From assembly GCA_048270185.1 (NCBI GenBank), contig JBLWTJ010000002.1, positions 352,001 through 416,000 on the forward strand: a stretch of 64,000 nucleotides of DNA, read 5' to 3'. Both the position numbers and the translations under genes were made by a program. The stretch comes from Bacteriovoracaceae bacterium (GTDB lineage: Bacteria > Bdellovibrionota > Bacteriovoracia > Bacteriovoracales > Bacteriovoracaceae). Shown in pieces: positions 18,106 through 28,526 of this stretch; position 1 is the first letter of the stretch, and each line of letters starts with the position of its first letter. Below the pieces are notes generated by a model. It made no database searches. It was not told where the DNA came from and saw nothing but the letters and a program-made list of their open reading frames with translations.

Positions 18106-19709
18106 TGTTTTAACCTCTTCTCATATTCACTTAGTGTATATTTAGCATGTTTCATTCTATCTTCTTTCGTCATCGTATCTTTTGCTGTTGGCATATATGA
18201 ATTACTATTGGCAATTCCAAATGATGATTTACCAACACTAATAGTGTTTAAGCTCGGAGGAAAGCCAACTTGGTCAACATTGTCGCCATTTACTTTCATC
18301 TTATTTAGCCATTCTTTTGTCGTTAAAGGTTTATCTGAGATAGCTGGATCAATGACCATTTTCTCAACTGCTCCATTCTTTCCTTCCACATAAACAACTG
18401 GAGCAACATGATATCCCCAAGTAAGATCGGAACGACTAGGCACACTCAATTTTCCTGAAGCCCATGCTTTATCTGCACTAACACCTTCTTTTTCAAACAT
18501 ATCAACCATTAATTCAGCACGAGCATAACAACCATCTTCAGCATAGTCCCAGGCCATCCCCTTCATCTTCTTTGCCTTTTCAAAAAGTTCATTTGCTTTC
18601 TTTTCTGAAATAGTTGCATTCGAACGAGGAGCAAATAACTCTTGTTCAACAACACGGCCGGCTTGAGTATAGAAGGCATCACCTTCACGACAAGCAACCT
18701 TTGGAAGAAATTGACTATTAATATACTGACTATTGATTTGTCCATTGACCACATCCACTAAGTGAACATAATCAATATTTTCCCTCTCTCGGTGCGCTTG
18801 TGCTGTCAAAGACTTAAAGTCACTAACTATCTCCTCTTCACAGCCATCTAAGACATGATCTAAGTACCCAACAAAACTATTATCCTGAAGATAGAAGTAG
18901 GCAGTTGAGTTTTTTTGCATATTCTTAGGGGCCATACGATAATTGGAAAGCTTTGAATTATCGTAACCATCATTGTAGGTAATCACTGCTCCAGCGAGCG
19001 TGCGTACTTCTTTGACCCTTTTATTATCAGGGCCAAAATAAGCTTTCCCTTTTTTATCTTTTGAAAAACTTATTGGGAGAAATTTAGATGAATCAGGATC
19101 GTAGATGACATAGTGGTTATCACCACATTTTTTTATATCACAACTTGATTTACGATCACAGCCAATATTCTTTCCGCTTTCGTCAACGATCCACATATCT
19201 CTAGTTGCCTGAAAAATATTATTTTGAAATTGACTCACTTCCTTTTGAAGACCCGTTAACATTTTTTCAAGATGTGGCCTAAAAGATGTATCAGACTCAG
19301 GTAACTGACTAAACGCTGAGGCTAGAGCATTTCTCATTTCAACCAATTCCATGGCCTTTTCATTAGGTGTATCAAATTCTTGAATGGCCTTATCTCGATT
19401 ATTCATCCTTTCACTTTCAGCATTAAAGAAAGTGACTTGACCATCTTCATTAATTTTCTTTACTGCAAATGATTCAAGTTTGCCCGATTTCTTATTAAAG
19501 AGTGTTCCAAAAAGGTGTCCTTTCTGATTTGGCCTTAGTGCAACTTGCGTCCCATTGTTATCACAAAAAATAATCGTGACGACTTTTGAGTAGCTACATG
19601 ATTTAAATTTTAGATTATCAGAAAATTCGACAGTGATGGACGGCCCAGTGTTGGCCGATGTAACTAAACAAAAAACTGATAAGAAAAGTAGGTTAAAAAA
19701 TTCTCTCAT
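18102..19709 (-). CDS. Secreted protein with C-terminal protein-glutamine glutaminase (deamidase) domain
   Basis: DGCYARA, WGYHVAP and VIDP give the Cys-His-Asp triad; signal peptide if started at MREFF (19709). Confidence 0.85.
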   Translation of the reverse strand: MREFFNLLFLSVFCLVTSANTGPSITVEFSDNLKFKSCSYSKVVTIIFCDNNGTQVALRPNQKGHLFGTLFNKKSGKLESFAVKKINEDGQVTFFNAESERMNNRDKAIQEFDTPNEKAMELVEMRNALASAFSQLPESDTSFRPHLEKMLTGLQKEVSQFQNNIFQATRDMWIVDESGKNIGCDRKSSCDIKKCGDNHYVIYDPDSSKFLPISFSKDKKGKAYFGPDNKRVKEVRTLAGAVITYNDGYDNSKLSNYRMAPKNMQKNSTAYFYLQDNSFVGYLDHVLDGCEEEIVSDFKSLTAQAHRERENIDYVHLVDVVNGQINSQYINSQFLPKVACREGDAFYTQAGRVVEQELFAPRSNATISEKKANELFEKAKKMKGMAWDYAEDGCYARAELMVDMFEKEGVSADKAWASGKLSVPSRSDLTWGYHVAPVVYVEGKNGAVEKMVIDPAISDKPLTTKEWLNKMKVNGDNVDQVGFPPSLNTISVGKSSFGIANSNSYMPTAKDTMTKEDRMKHAKYTLSEYEKRLKQ

Positions 19710-19716
19710 AGCTTGA

Positions 19717-19743
19717 TTATCGACTAAGTCACTATAAATATTA
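19717..19743 (-). promoter_or_regulatory. Candidate sigma-28 (FliA) promoter
   Basis: TAAT-N15-GTCGATAA versus consensus TAAA-N15-GCCGATAA. Confidence 0.5.
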
Positions 19744-19904
19744 AATTTATTAAGAAATTTCTCCATATTTTTAAAGAACAGTAACTAAAACATCCGTAAT
19801 TTCTAACACTTAGGGATCATTTGTGTAAATTTTAAGACCCTTTATGCCTTGTCAAAAGGTGCCAAGAATTATCAAATATCAGGAAAAAAACGAGGAATAT
19901 AAAT

Positions 19905-21158
19905 ATGATTAATCGAAATAATCGCCGAGTAGTTATCACTGGTCTAGGAACAATTTGTGGCCTTGGACAAAATACCAAAGATGTATGGAATGGACTAATT
20001 GAAGGAAAGTCAGGAATCTCTGAAGTTGAATCCTACCCTGTTCCAGATCTTTCAATCAAGATTGCAGGGGAAGTAAAAAACTTCGAACTAGATGAAAGTA
20101 TTATGGAAGCTCGTGAGGCCAAGAAGTATGACCGCTTCATCCATTTTGCACTTCATGCAACAGAAGAAGCATTAAAAGATTCAAAAGTTAACCTATCAGA
20201 TTACGATAAATATAAAGTTGGTGCCATTCTTGGTGTCGGTATCGGAGGTTTTCCCATTACTGAAACTCAGGCCGTCACTTTTGCCAATCGTGGTCCACGT
20301 CGTATCTCACCTTTCTTTATTCCTGGAATCATTCCAAATATGGCAACAGGTGTACTAAGTATTAAACACGGTTTCATGGGAATTAACTACACTGTATCAA
20401 GTGCCTGTGCATCTTCATGCCATGCAATTTCAAATGCAGTTGAAGAAATTCGCTCAGGACGTCATGATCTAATGATTACAGGTGGAACCGAAGCAGTTCT
20501 TTGTAACCTTGGTATGGCAGGCTTCATTAATATGAAAGCATTCTCAAAAAGAGTTGATGAACCACAAAAAGCTTCTCGTCCATTTGATGTTGATCGTGAT
20601 GGATTTGTTATTGGAGAAGGTGCCGGTGTCCTTATTCTTGAAGACTATGAAAGTGCAGTTAAGAGAGGCGCTACAATTTATGCAGAAATTGCAGGTTATG
20701 GTGCAACTTCTGACGCTTACCATATTACAGCTCCTCATCCAGAAGGAGACGGTGCTTATGGTTGTATGAAGAAGGCCATAGAAGATGCAGGTATTACTCC
20801 AGAAGAGATCGACTATGTTAATGCTCACGGAACTTCAACTCCACTTGGAGATGTTGCTGAAACAGGAGCTATCAAAAGAGTCCTAGGAGAAGAACATGCT
20901 AAGACGATTAACGTTTCTTCAACAAAATCAATGACAGGTCACTTACTAGGAGCTGCTGGTGGTATTGAGACAATATTCACGGCACTAGCTCTTTATAATG
21001 GAATAATTCCTCCAACGATTAACCTCGACAATCAAGACCCTGAATGCGATCTTAACTATACGGCCAACAAAGCTCAAAAGAGAGATATCAAGTACGCTAT
21101 CAATAACTCTTTTGGATTTGGTTCGACAAACTCATCACTTGTTTTAAAGAAAGTATAA
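19905..21158 (+). CDS. fabF: 3-oxoacyl-ACP synthase II
   Basis: [34 protein letters not shown]. Confidence 0.97.
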   Translation: MINRNNRRVVITGLGTICGLGQNTKDVWNGLIEGKSGISEVESYPVPDLSIKIAGEVKNFELDESIMEAREAKKYDRFIHFALHATEEALKDSKVNLSDYDKYKVGAILGVGIGGFPITETQAVTFANRGPRRISPFFIPGIIPNMATGVLSIKHGFMGINYTVSSACASSCHAISNAVEEIRSGRHDLMITGGTEAVLCNLGMAGFINMKAFSKRVDEPQKASRPFDVDRDGFVIGEGAGVLILEDYESAVKRGATIYAEIAGYGATSDAYHITAPHPEGDGAYGCMKKAIEDAGITPEEIDYVNAHGTSTPLGDVAETGAIKRVLGEEHAKTINVSSTKSMTGHLLGAAGGIETIFTALALYNGIIPPTINLDNQDPECDLNYTANKAQKRDIKYAINNSFGFGSTNSSLVLKKV

Positions 21159-21178
21159 ATAGATCACAAGGAAGAACT

Positions 21179-22429
21179 ATGTTTCATAAGAACGCCACAA
21201 GCTTAGAAAAAATGGATGAAGAAATCTTCAACCTAACAAACAAAGAACTAGCAAGACAAGAAGAAGGTTTAGAACTAATTGCTTCTGAAAACTATGCTTC
21301 TAAAGCGGTAATGGAAGCTCAGGGAACAATTCTAACAAATAAATACGCTGAAGGCTTACCTAACAAGCGTTACTACGGTGGTTGTGAAGTTGTTGATTCG
21401 GTTGAACAACTTGCCATAAATCGTGTTTGTGAAATCTTTGGCTGTAAGTTTGCAAACGTTCAGCCACACTCAGGATCAAGTGCAAATATGGCAGCCTACT
21501 ACTCGATGATTGGTCCAGGGGATAAGATCCTTGGAATGAATTTATCAGAAGGTGGTCACCTTACACATGGTTCTCCTGTTAACTTCTCTGGAAAATACTT
21601 TGATGTTCAGTTCTACGGACTGAATCCAGATACAGAAGTTATCGATTATGAAGATGTTGCCAGAGTAGCAAGAGAACATAAACCTAAGGTGATTGTTGCG
21701 GGAGCAAGTGCATATCCTCGTACAATTGACTTTGCCAAGTTTAGAGAAATTGCCGATGAAGTTGGTGCCTACTTAATGGTTGATATGGCCCATATTGCAG
21801 GACTTGTTGCTGCAGGTGTTCACCCTTCACCATTTCCTCACGCACATATCGTCACTTCAACAACTCACAAAACACTACGTGGGCCACGTGGCGGAATCAT
21901 TTTAACGAATGATGAAGAACTTGCTAAGAAAATCAACTTCAATGTTTTCCCAGGTATTCAGGGTGGACCTCTTGAGCATGTGATTGCAGCTAAAGCTGTT
22001 TCCTTTAAAGAAGCACTACAACCTGAGTATAAAGTATATCAACAACAAGTTATCACAAATGCACAGGCCTTATCTGCTCAGTTAATTGAGCTTGGTCTTG
22101 AAATCGTTTCGGGTGGAACAGATAACCACCTTATTCTCGTGAAGACTGATTCAGCAGGTGTAACAGGAAAGGTTGCAGAAAAAGCACTAGAAGAAGCAGG
22201 TATTACTTGTAATAAGAATATGATCCCAGGAGATAAAAGATCCCCATTTGTTACAAGTGGAATTCGACTTGGAACTCCGGCCCTAACGACAAGAGGAATG
22301 GGAGTTGATCAAATGAAACAAATTGGTTCTTGGATCGTTGAAGCACTAAAGAATGCTGAAAATCCACAGGCCTTAAAAGATATCAAATTACAGGTTGAAA
22401 AACTCTGCAAAGATTTTCCAGTTTACTAA
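21179..22429 (+). CDS. glyA: Serine hydroxymethyltransferase
   Basis: [24 protein letters not shown]. Confidence 0.98.
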   Translation: MFHKNATSLEKMDEEIFNLTNKELARQEEGLELIASENYASKAVMEAQGTILTNKYAEGLPNKRYYGGCEVVDSVEQLAINRVCEIFGCKFANVQPHSGSSANMAAYYSMIGPGDKILGMNLSEGGHLTHGSPVNFSGKYFDVQFYGLNPDTEVIDYEDVARVAREHKPKVIVAGASAYPRTIDFAKFREIADEVGAYLMVDMAHIAGLVAAGVHPSPFPHAHIVTSTTHKTLRGPRGGIILTNDEELAKKINFNVFPGIQGGPLEHVIAAKAVSFKEALQPEYKVYQQQVITNAQALSAQLIELGLEIVSGGTDNHLILVKTDSAGVTGKVAEKALEEAGITCNKNMIPGDKRSPFVTSGIRLGTPALTTRGMGVDQMKQIGSWIVEALKNAENPQALKDIKLQVEKLCKDFPVY

Positions 22430-22441
22430 TTTCAATACATT

Positions 22442-22471
22442 ATCGGGCCTTAAACTCTATTAAGGCCCGAT
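22442..22471 (+). terminator. Hairpin after glyA, probable terminator
   Basis: ATCGGGCCTTAA-actcta-TTAAGGCCCGAT, perfect 12-bp stem; weak U-tract. Confidence 0.65.
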
Positions 22472-22473
22472 TC

Positions 22474-22501
22474 TAAATTTTTTCCCTTAAATAACCGATA
22501 A
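22474..22501 (+). promoter_or_regulatory. Candidate sigma-28 promoter
   Basis: TAAA-N16-ACCGATAA (spacer one base longer than consensus). Confidence 0.45.
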
Positions 22502-22538
22502 GAAAAGTAGCTTGAATGGTTTAAGTTTGGGGAAAAGT

Positions 22539-24119
22539 GTGAAGTTTAAAAATTCAAAATTCATTACTTCATTTCTAACGTTGGCAACACTAACTTCGTG
22601 TAGCAGTATTGAACAGATTGAAATGAGCTATGATAACTACAAAGATAGTATCAAGCGCTTTATTGCTTCAAACCAATCCGACTACAACCCTTCTGACTTT
22701 GTCATCGATAAAGATAATCTATATAAGCTACAAGAAGCTGTTGAGAAGAATCTCGTCTGGAGAAAGAATTTTTCAATGGCCAAAAAGACAACAGATCAAG
22801 AGTCATTGAAATTTATCTCACCGTATTTCAATCAGAATCAAGACATCACAAAGCAATTCAATAAGTATCTTAAAAATATAGCATGGGTAACAGACCCAAC
22901 GACACGCTTTGAAATTCGAACTGATCGCACATCTCAGATAGAAAAGAGACGTGAAATATATTTTACGGGAACAAAGAGATTCAAAAGACATGAACGCGAT
23001 GTTGAGTTTGCGATTATCAACCCATATGATGAAATTGGAAAAGATATCATCAAGGCCATTAAAGTCGGTCTAATTGCAAATATTGCAATTTATGAAAATC
23101 ACCTACTTCTAAAAAATAAAATCCATGAAGTTATGGCCAGTGAAAATACATACGAAGTAAAAAAAGGTCTTGAAAATTATTACAATACTCTTGTAAGAAA
23201 GCTAACTGTATCGCCTTCACATCGAGTGATGGCAAACCTTTCTTCTCTCTATCGAGATATTAAAATATTTGAAAAAGTTAAGACCCATACAAAACTAACT
23301 TTTTATATCGATCCTCTCATTGAAGATACGATAGTTTTTAATCACATCACTAAGAAGTTTAATCCTCAAAAAAGGTGGAATGAAGATATTGAAGCAATTA
23401 CAAAAACAATTGCAGAGATGGCCAAGACTGATACTTTTCAATATTCAAACTATTTTCAAAAATCCATTAAATTTGAAAATATCACAAATGGTGCAGTAAC
23501 AAAGATTCATAAGAATGAAAAAGAGCATTTAAAGTATCAGCTAATGCCTCTTGATATTGTTTTCACTCATAATCGAAATAGTTTCAATAACGCAATCGTT
23601 GAAAACTTTTGGGATAATATTGGTATCTGGATTGGTTCTTGGGATGAGATCGTTCAACTAGGATTATCCGAGCACCCAGAGATTGCAAAGTATCGAGATC
23701 AAATTGAAAACCAAAAGCTAAGTTTCTTAACAACAACAAGACAAGGTGTTGTTCTTAAACCACTAGCAAGTGTCATCAATCAAGATGATATGGCCGTCAT
23801 TAGAAAAAGAGATCTCAACTATCAGCAAAAAGCTCAGGCCCTTATTCTGGCCATGAAGAATATTGGTAAACCTTATGACTATAAGATGGACCCAGAGGAT
23901 AAGAGCAAAATTTCTTTTGCGCAGCTCGTCTTTGATACCTTCCCTGCCACAAATTGGGACAAGTCCTTTATTTATAAGCAAGAAGCTGTGTCCCCTTACA
24001 AAGTTACACAGCGCACCGGAGAAAATCAAGAATTCTTCACTGTCCTTCTCTATAAAAATGGGGAAGAAGTTCTTGAAGACCTCGAGGATAATTTCCGCCA
24101 AATCTCATCCGAACAATAG
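22539..24119 (+). CDS. Lipoprotein with permuted papain-like (YiiX/YebB NlpC/P60) domain, catalytic residues apparently lost
   Basis: Lipobox LTSC; L.PLDI, DD.AV.R, IGKPYDY motifs; expected His and Cys positions read DN and SF. Confidence 0.7.
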   Translation: MKFKNSKFITSFLTLATLTSCSSIEQIEMSYDNYKDSIKRFIASNQSDYNPSDFVIDKDNLYKLQEAVEKNLVWRKNFSMAKKTTDQESLKFISPYFNQNQDITKQFNKYLKNIAWVTDPTTRFEIRTDRTSQIEKRREIYFTGTKRFKRHERDVEFAIINPYDEIGKDIIKAIKVGLIANIAIYENHLLLKNKIHEVMASENTYEVKKGLENYYNTLVRKLTVSPSHRVMANLSSLYRDIKIFEKVKTHTKLTFYIDPLIEDTIVFNHITKKFNPQKRWNEDIEAITKTIAEMAKTDTFQYSNYFQKSIKFENITNGAVTKIHKNEKEHLKYQLMPLDIVFTHNRNSFNNAIVENFWDNIGIWIGSWDEIVQLGLSEHPEIAKYRDQIENQKLSFLTTTRQGVVLKPLASVINQDDMAVIRKRDLNYQQKAQALILAMKNIGKPYDYKMDPEDKSKISFAQLVFDTFPATNWDKSFIYKQEAVSPYKVTQRTGENQEFFTVLLYKNGEEVLEDLEDNFRQISSEQ

Positions 24120-24172
24120 AATTGGGCCCAAATCTAAATATGCAACGCGTATCTCTTATGATAAAAATAGGT

Positions 24173-24694
24173 ATGTATTGTCCAAGCTGCCAAACACCAA
24201 ACACAAAAGTTATTGATTCAAGACATCTCTCTGATGGCCTTGCAGTTAGGCGCAGACGTTCATGCCCGAATTGTGACTTTCGTTATACAACATACGAAAA
24301 ACTTCAACTACAAGTCCCTGCACTTGTAAAAAATGACAAGCGTCGTGAGCCTTATAACCGTGAGAAAATTTCTAAAGGAATCAATAAGGCCTGTCAAAAA
24401 AGACCTTTAACAACGGCGCAAATCAACCGATTAATTGATGATGTTGAAATGACACTATCACAAATGAATAATAGTGAGGTTAGTGCCAAGATCGTTGGTG
24501 AAGTTGTGATGGAAAAACTTTACGAACTTGATCCTGTGGCATACGTACGTTACGCATCTTTTTATTGGAACTTCAAAGATATCGATGGATTCATTGAAAG
24601 TTTACAAAAAAGTATCGGTCAATTTGGAAACATAAAAGAAAAGATTTTAATAAATAAGGAATTACTAAGTGAAAAACCAAGCATTCAACAATAA
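24173..24694 (+). CDS. nrdR: Transcriptional repressor NrdR
   Basis: M.CP.C, VIDSR, RRRR.C..C..R.TTYE, D.VAYVRYAS; start trimmed to 24173. Confidence 0.97.
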   Translation: MYCPSCQTPNTKVIDSRHLSDGLAVRRRRSCPNCDFRYTTYEKLQLQVPALVKNDKRREPYNREKISKGINKACQKRPLTTAQINRLIDDVEMTLSQMNNSEVSAKIVGEVVMEKLYELDPVAYVRYASFYWNFKDIDGFIESLQKSIGQFGNIKEKILINKELLSEKPSIQQ

Positions 24695-25145
24695 GACATC
24701 AGCAAGAAGCTTTGCTTTTAAATTTATCTATAAGCTATTTCTAAAGGACTTCAAATCTGAGCTGGCCTCTTATCAGTCAGATCTTGAAAACTTACAAGCT
24801 GATATTGAAGTGTTTGAAGAGTCGTATATTAAAGAGGATGAAGAACATATTGATAATGAACTAAACCCTAGTGTTCAGTCATATGGTCATAAATTAATTA
24901 AAGGTGTGATGACTAATTTTCCTCAAATTAAAGAGATCGCATCTGCTCATATTCTAAAGAGAAGTTTTGACTCTGTTGATGCAATTGAAAGAGCTGTTAT
25001 CAGCCTTGGTATCTATGAACTTAATTTTGAAGATACTCCGAATACAGTTGTTATTAATGAGTATATTAATCTCGTAAAAGCTTATGGAAAAGAAGAGTCA
25101 AAGAACTTTGTAAATGGTGTCCTTGATAAAGTTAGCAAGTCTTAA
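24669..25145 (+). CDS. nusB: Transcription antitermination factor NusB
   Basis: AR..A, IER, VVINE.I.L.K.YG, FVNGVLD. Confidence 0.92.
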   Translation: MKNQAFNNKTSARSFAFKFIYKLFLKDFKSELASYQSDLENLQADIEVFEESYIKEDEEHIDNELNPSVQSYGHKLIKGVMTNFPQIKEIASAHILKRSFDSVDAIERAVISLGIYELNFEDTPNTVVINEYINLVKAYGKEESKNFVNGVLDKVSKS

Positions 25146-25153
25146 GAATAACG

Positions 25154-25567
25154 ATGCAATTAAAAGATAATCTTTTCACATTAATCAACTCGAGTATTTC
25201 TGCAGTCATCTGCTTATACGACGAGACCAGAGAGAACTCTACAGAATTAATAGAAGTCATTGATTACCTTGTTGATGGTGCCCTTGAAGATCGTATTGTG
25301 AAAAGTAAAAACTCTTCTTTAATCAAGCAAGATGCTAGTCATTTCTTCTTCACTAAAAATTTTGGAAAAACCCTTAATATTATTTTCACGAAACTGCCAA
25401 ACACTCCATCAAATAACGAGGTTTCTCAATTTATAAAAGTAATTGATGCTCAAGATGCGCAAAAAGAAGAGTTTAATGAAGGTAATGGCGTTGTTGTTAT
25501 CAAACCTAAGGGGAACTCTTTTAAGTTTAATCACCCAGTTCTACAAATCCACCACGTCGAATACTAG
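25154..25567 (+). CDS. Hypothetical protein
   Basis: 137-aa ORF 8 nt after nusB. Confidence 0.6.
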   Translation: MQLKDNLFTLINSSISAVICLYDETRENSTELIEVIDYLVDGALEDRIVKSKNSSLIKQDASHFFFTKNFGKTLNIIFTKLPNTPSNNEVSQFIKVIDAQDAQKEEFNEGNGVVVIKPKGNSFKFNHPVLQIHHVEY

Positions 25568-26328
25568 CGAATAACAATAGAAGCTTGTGCGTACTTTGCC
25601 CAAAACTGCTTCTTATCTTTAAGAGACTTTGTTGGTGCTTTTCTACCTGTGATTTTTTCAAGTGTTTTAGAAATCTCTGAGTGAATATCAGAATATTTTT
25701 CTTTTTGAATCATTGTCAGAAGAGGCTTCTTTGCCTTTTCAAACTTTAGATCACCCACCGTTGCAATAATTTCTTTTACAATATGAGCACGTTTTGATGA
25801 CTTAAGTTTTTCATTCACGTGATAATTTCTTTTATCATAGAGCATGGCCCAAATATTTGGTGCAAGTGATTGAAGGTTTAGCTTCTTCACATTCTCTAGT
25901 GCCTGGTAGCGAACAATAAGTGAATTATCTTTTAAAGACTTCTTATAAATATCAGAATACTGAGTTTCGCCAAGAGCAAGGAGAGACTTAAGAGAAGCCA
26001 TTCTCATAACCCAATTTGGATGTTGAGAGAATTTCGAAATGAATGGAGCTGACTTCTTCCCCATTACCCTTCCTAGTAAGAATGTTGCCATCCAACGATT
26101 CTTATCAGGGTACTTATCATTTTTCATGACGTTTATAAGTGCAGCAACGGATTTCCCTTTAAGCTTTAAGACTTGTTGCTTAAGCTTCTCCATATCCTTG
26201 CCTTTTAGATTGTACTTAAATTGTCTTTCTAATTTAGTTGTTAGAACAGATTGATTAGCTTTCGTATTAACAGATGCACTAATATTTATACTAAAGAATA
26301 ATGATGTTATTACTAATAGCTTTTTCAA
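25564..26328 (-). CDS. Exported HEAT-repeat protein
   Basis: Signal peptide; RWMA..LLG, R.A....L, L.D....VR..A repeats. Confidence 0.75.
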   Translation of the reverse strand: MKKLLVITSLFFSINISASVNTKANQSVLTTKLERQFKYNLKGKDMEKLKQQVLKLKGKSVAALINVMKNDKYPDKNRWMATFLLGRVMGKKSAPFISKFSQHPNWVMRMASLKSLLALGETQYSDIYKKSLKDNSLIVRYQALENVKKLNLQSLAPNIWAMLYDKRNYHVNEKLKSSKRAHIVKEIIATVGDLKFEKAKKPLLTMIQKEKYSDIHSEISKTLEKITGRKAPTKSLKDKKQFWAKYAQASIVIR

Positions 26329-26364
26329 TTGACGTCCTTGTCTTTGATAAGTTTTATATGAATT

Positions 26365-27369
26365 TTATCCTAACATTTTTTCAAATTCGCTCAGTAGCTC
26401 TTCTGCAGACTTTTGATCAGCAGCAGACTCTCCGGCTGACTCCTCAGGTACACCTTCTGCAGTAGAACTAGCTTCTAACGCAGGTTCTGCAATCGGCTCT
26501 TCTTCAGCAACTGGCTCAGGAGCAGCAACAGCTTCTTCTTCAACTGGTTCCGGTTCCGGCTCTGGTGCGACTTCAGCAACAGGCTCTTCCATTATCTCTG
26601 GTTCTGGAGTAGGCTCAGGCTCAGGTATCGCTTCAACTTCAGCTTGAGCTTCAGCTGCAACCTCTTCAACGACAGCTTCAGGAGTAACACCGGCTTGCTC
26701 AAGTTGGGCTTTTAGCTGTTCATTTTCTTGCTTAAACTTTCTAAGGTCAGCAAGATCACCTTCGATCATTTCGTATTCTTTAAGACGGTTTTTTAATTCA
26801 TCTCTTTCATCTTTAAGCCCATCGAGTTCTGCACTATCACCAGCTGATGATTGAGGAGCACTCTTTAGTGCTTCTATTTGCGCTTTTAGTTGTGCAATCT
26901 CAGAATTTAAATTTGTGATAATTTGAGCAGAGTCTGAATCATCTCCTCCACTTCTTTGAGCGGAATCTAGTTGTGCTTCAAGATCTCTAATAAGAGAATC
27001 TTTATTTGCAATCTGGCCATTTAAGGCAGCAATTTCGGCATTTTTACTAGCAAGTTGAGCTCCATCAACATTGCCTGTTGGCAAACTTCCACCAGGGACC
27101 ACAGAAGGAATACCATCACCTGTGTCTAATCCCCCACCTCTAAATAGTGAAGACTTTAAAGCATTTGAGTTTTGAATCACTGAATCAAGGTAGCTCTTAA
27201 GTACATCTGCGGGAATTTGATGTTGTAATTCTTGCATACGTTTTCTTGTATAAAACCAGTAAACGATGATCATACAAACAATTAACAATAATAGAGAGAG
27301 AGCGATATAAAATGCATTATCGTCGACATACAATAATTCTCTTATAAATCTCTTAGCTATATCCGCCAC
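26365..27369 (-). CDS. Single-TM coiled-coil protein with Glu/Pro-rich disordered tail
   Basis: N-terminal TM, heptad-like centre, (PE)n tail. Confidence 0.7.
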   Translation of the reverse strand: MADIAKRFIRELLYVDDNAFYIALSLLLLIVCMIIVYWFYTRKRMQELQHQIPADVLKSYLDSVIQNSNALKSSLFRGGGLDTGDGIPSVVPGGSLPTGNVDGAQLASKNAEIAALNGQIANKDSLIRDLEAQLDSAQRSGGDDSDSAQIITNLNSEIAQLKAQIEALKSAPQSSAGDSAELDGLKDERDELKNRLKEYEMIEGDLADLRKFKQENEQLKAQLEQAGVTPEAVVEEVAAEAQAEVEAIPEPEPTPEPEIMEEPVAEVAPEPEPEPVEEEAVAAPEPVAEEEPIAEPALEASSTAEGVPEESAGESAADQKSAEELLSEFEKMLG

Positions 27370-27484
27370 TTTTTATCCTTTTTAATTTATAAACCTTTGA
27401 ATATTTTAACATATTCATCAGTAATTAAAAGATGTGAAAAATAAGCAAATATGAACATATAAAGAAGGCAGTAATTCGAGTAAT

Positions 27485-28327
27485 TTAGTCAGAAACCATT
27501 TCACTTAATTTCTTAAAAAGAGGATTTCTGCCAACAATTATGGTCTCAGAAAATATATTGTGTTCATTACCATTATACTCAGTTATTTTTGTACCGGCCT
27601 CACTACAAATGATTGAAGCGGCGGCGACATCCCAGGGAGCAAGGCCCTTTTCCCAGAAGCCATCAAAAATACCACGAGCAACATAGCAAAGATCAATGGC
27701 CGCCGAGCCTAGTCTTCTTACTGCTGAGATATTGACCATAACTTTTTTAAATTTTTTAAATTCATCATTGAACGGCTTGCCTTTTTCAGTAGCAAAACCT
27801 GTTGCCAATAAGAAACCTCTTTCACGAGAGCGTGTTTGCTTAAGTTTTGTCTTTGTCCTGCCCTTTAAAAGATAGGCTCCATTCCCCTTTGTCGCGCAGA
27901 AGAATTCGCCTCTTTCAGGAATATAAATAACTCCTACAAGAGGTTTGAGTTTATAAGTCAATGATAAGCATACACAGTAGTGTTCAAGGCCGTGAACAAA
28001 ATTATTCGTTCCATCAAGTGGATCAATCACCCATAAGTAATCACTTCCTAGGTATTCCTTAAGATGCTTATAATCCCCTTGATATTTTTGATAGAAATCC
28101 TCTTCAGCAAGTACAGGAATTTCGGGATTAATCGCCTTTAATTTTTTAATAATGTATTCTTCGCTAGCGTGATCTGCCGCTGAAACAGCACCTTGGGCTT
28201 CTTTATAATTGATTACAAGATTTTTAAGATTATTCTGATAAGGCTTTAGCACTTTTCCTGCACCACGGGCCACACTGATAAGCTTTTCTTCAATCGCAAT
28301 TAATTCATTCTTAGTAATCTTCTTCAT
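27485..28327 (-). CDS. suhB: Inositol monophosphatase family protein
   Basis: WVIDPLDGTNNF, RRLGSAA, WDVAA. Confidence 0.9.
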   Translation of the reverse strand: MKKITKNELIAIEEKLISVARGAGKVLKPYQNNLKNLVINYKEAQGAVSAADHASEEYIIKKLKAINPEIPVLAEEDFYQKYQGDYKHLKEYLGSDYLWVIDPLDGTNNFVHGLEHYCVCLSLTYKLKPLVGVIYIPERGEFFCATKGNGAYLLKGRTKTKLKQTRSRERGFLLATGFATEKGKPFNDEFKKFKKVMVNISAVRRLGSAAIDLCYVARGIFDGFWEKGLAPWDVAAASIICSEAGTKITEYNGNEHNIFSETIIVGRNPLFKKLSEMVSD

Positions 28328-28526
28328 CCTGTCTCTTTCTAATTACTGCCTCGAGGTCCGACTCTTTTAAAGGCTCATTGCTGGCCACAGCATAATTTTC
28401 TGTTAACCACATTCCCAAGTCCACCATCTTGCATTTTTCGCAGCAGAATGGGCGGAATTCGCTGGCATAATAATTGAATTCTTTTGAGCATTCAGGACAT
28501 TTAACCATTAACTTCTTTGTCACCAA
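28311..28526 (-). CDS. yacG: DNA gyrase inhibitor YacG
   Basis: CP.C...RPFC..KC..VDLG.W..E.Y. Confidence 0.92.
   Translation of the reverse strand: MVTKKLMVKCPECSKEFNYYASEFRPFCCEKCKMVDLGMWLTENYAVASNEPLKESDLEAVIRKRQDEEDY

Noticed and set aside
25154..25567. Resemblance to the M17 aminopeptidase N-terminal-like domain (IDYLVDG)
   Set aside because: Only one short motif; too weak to call.
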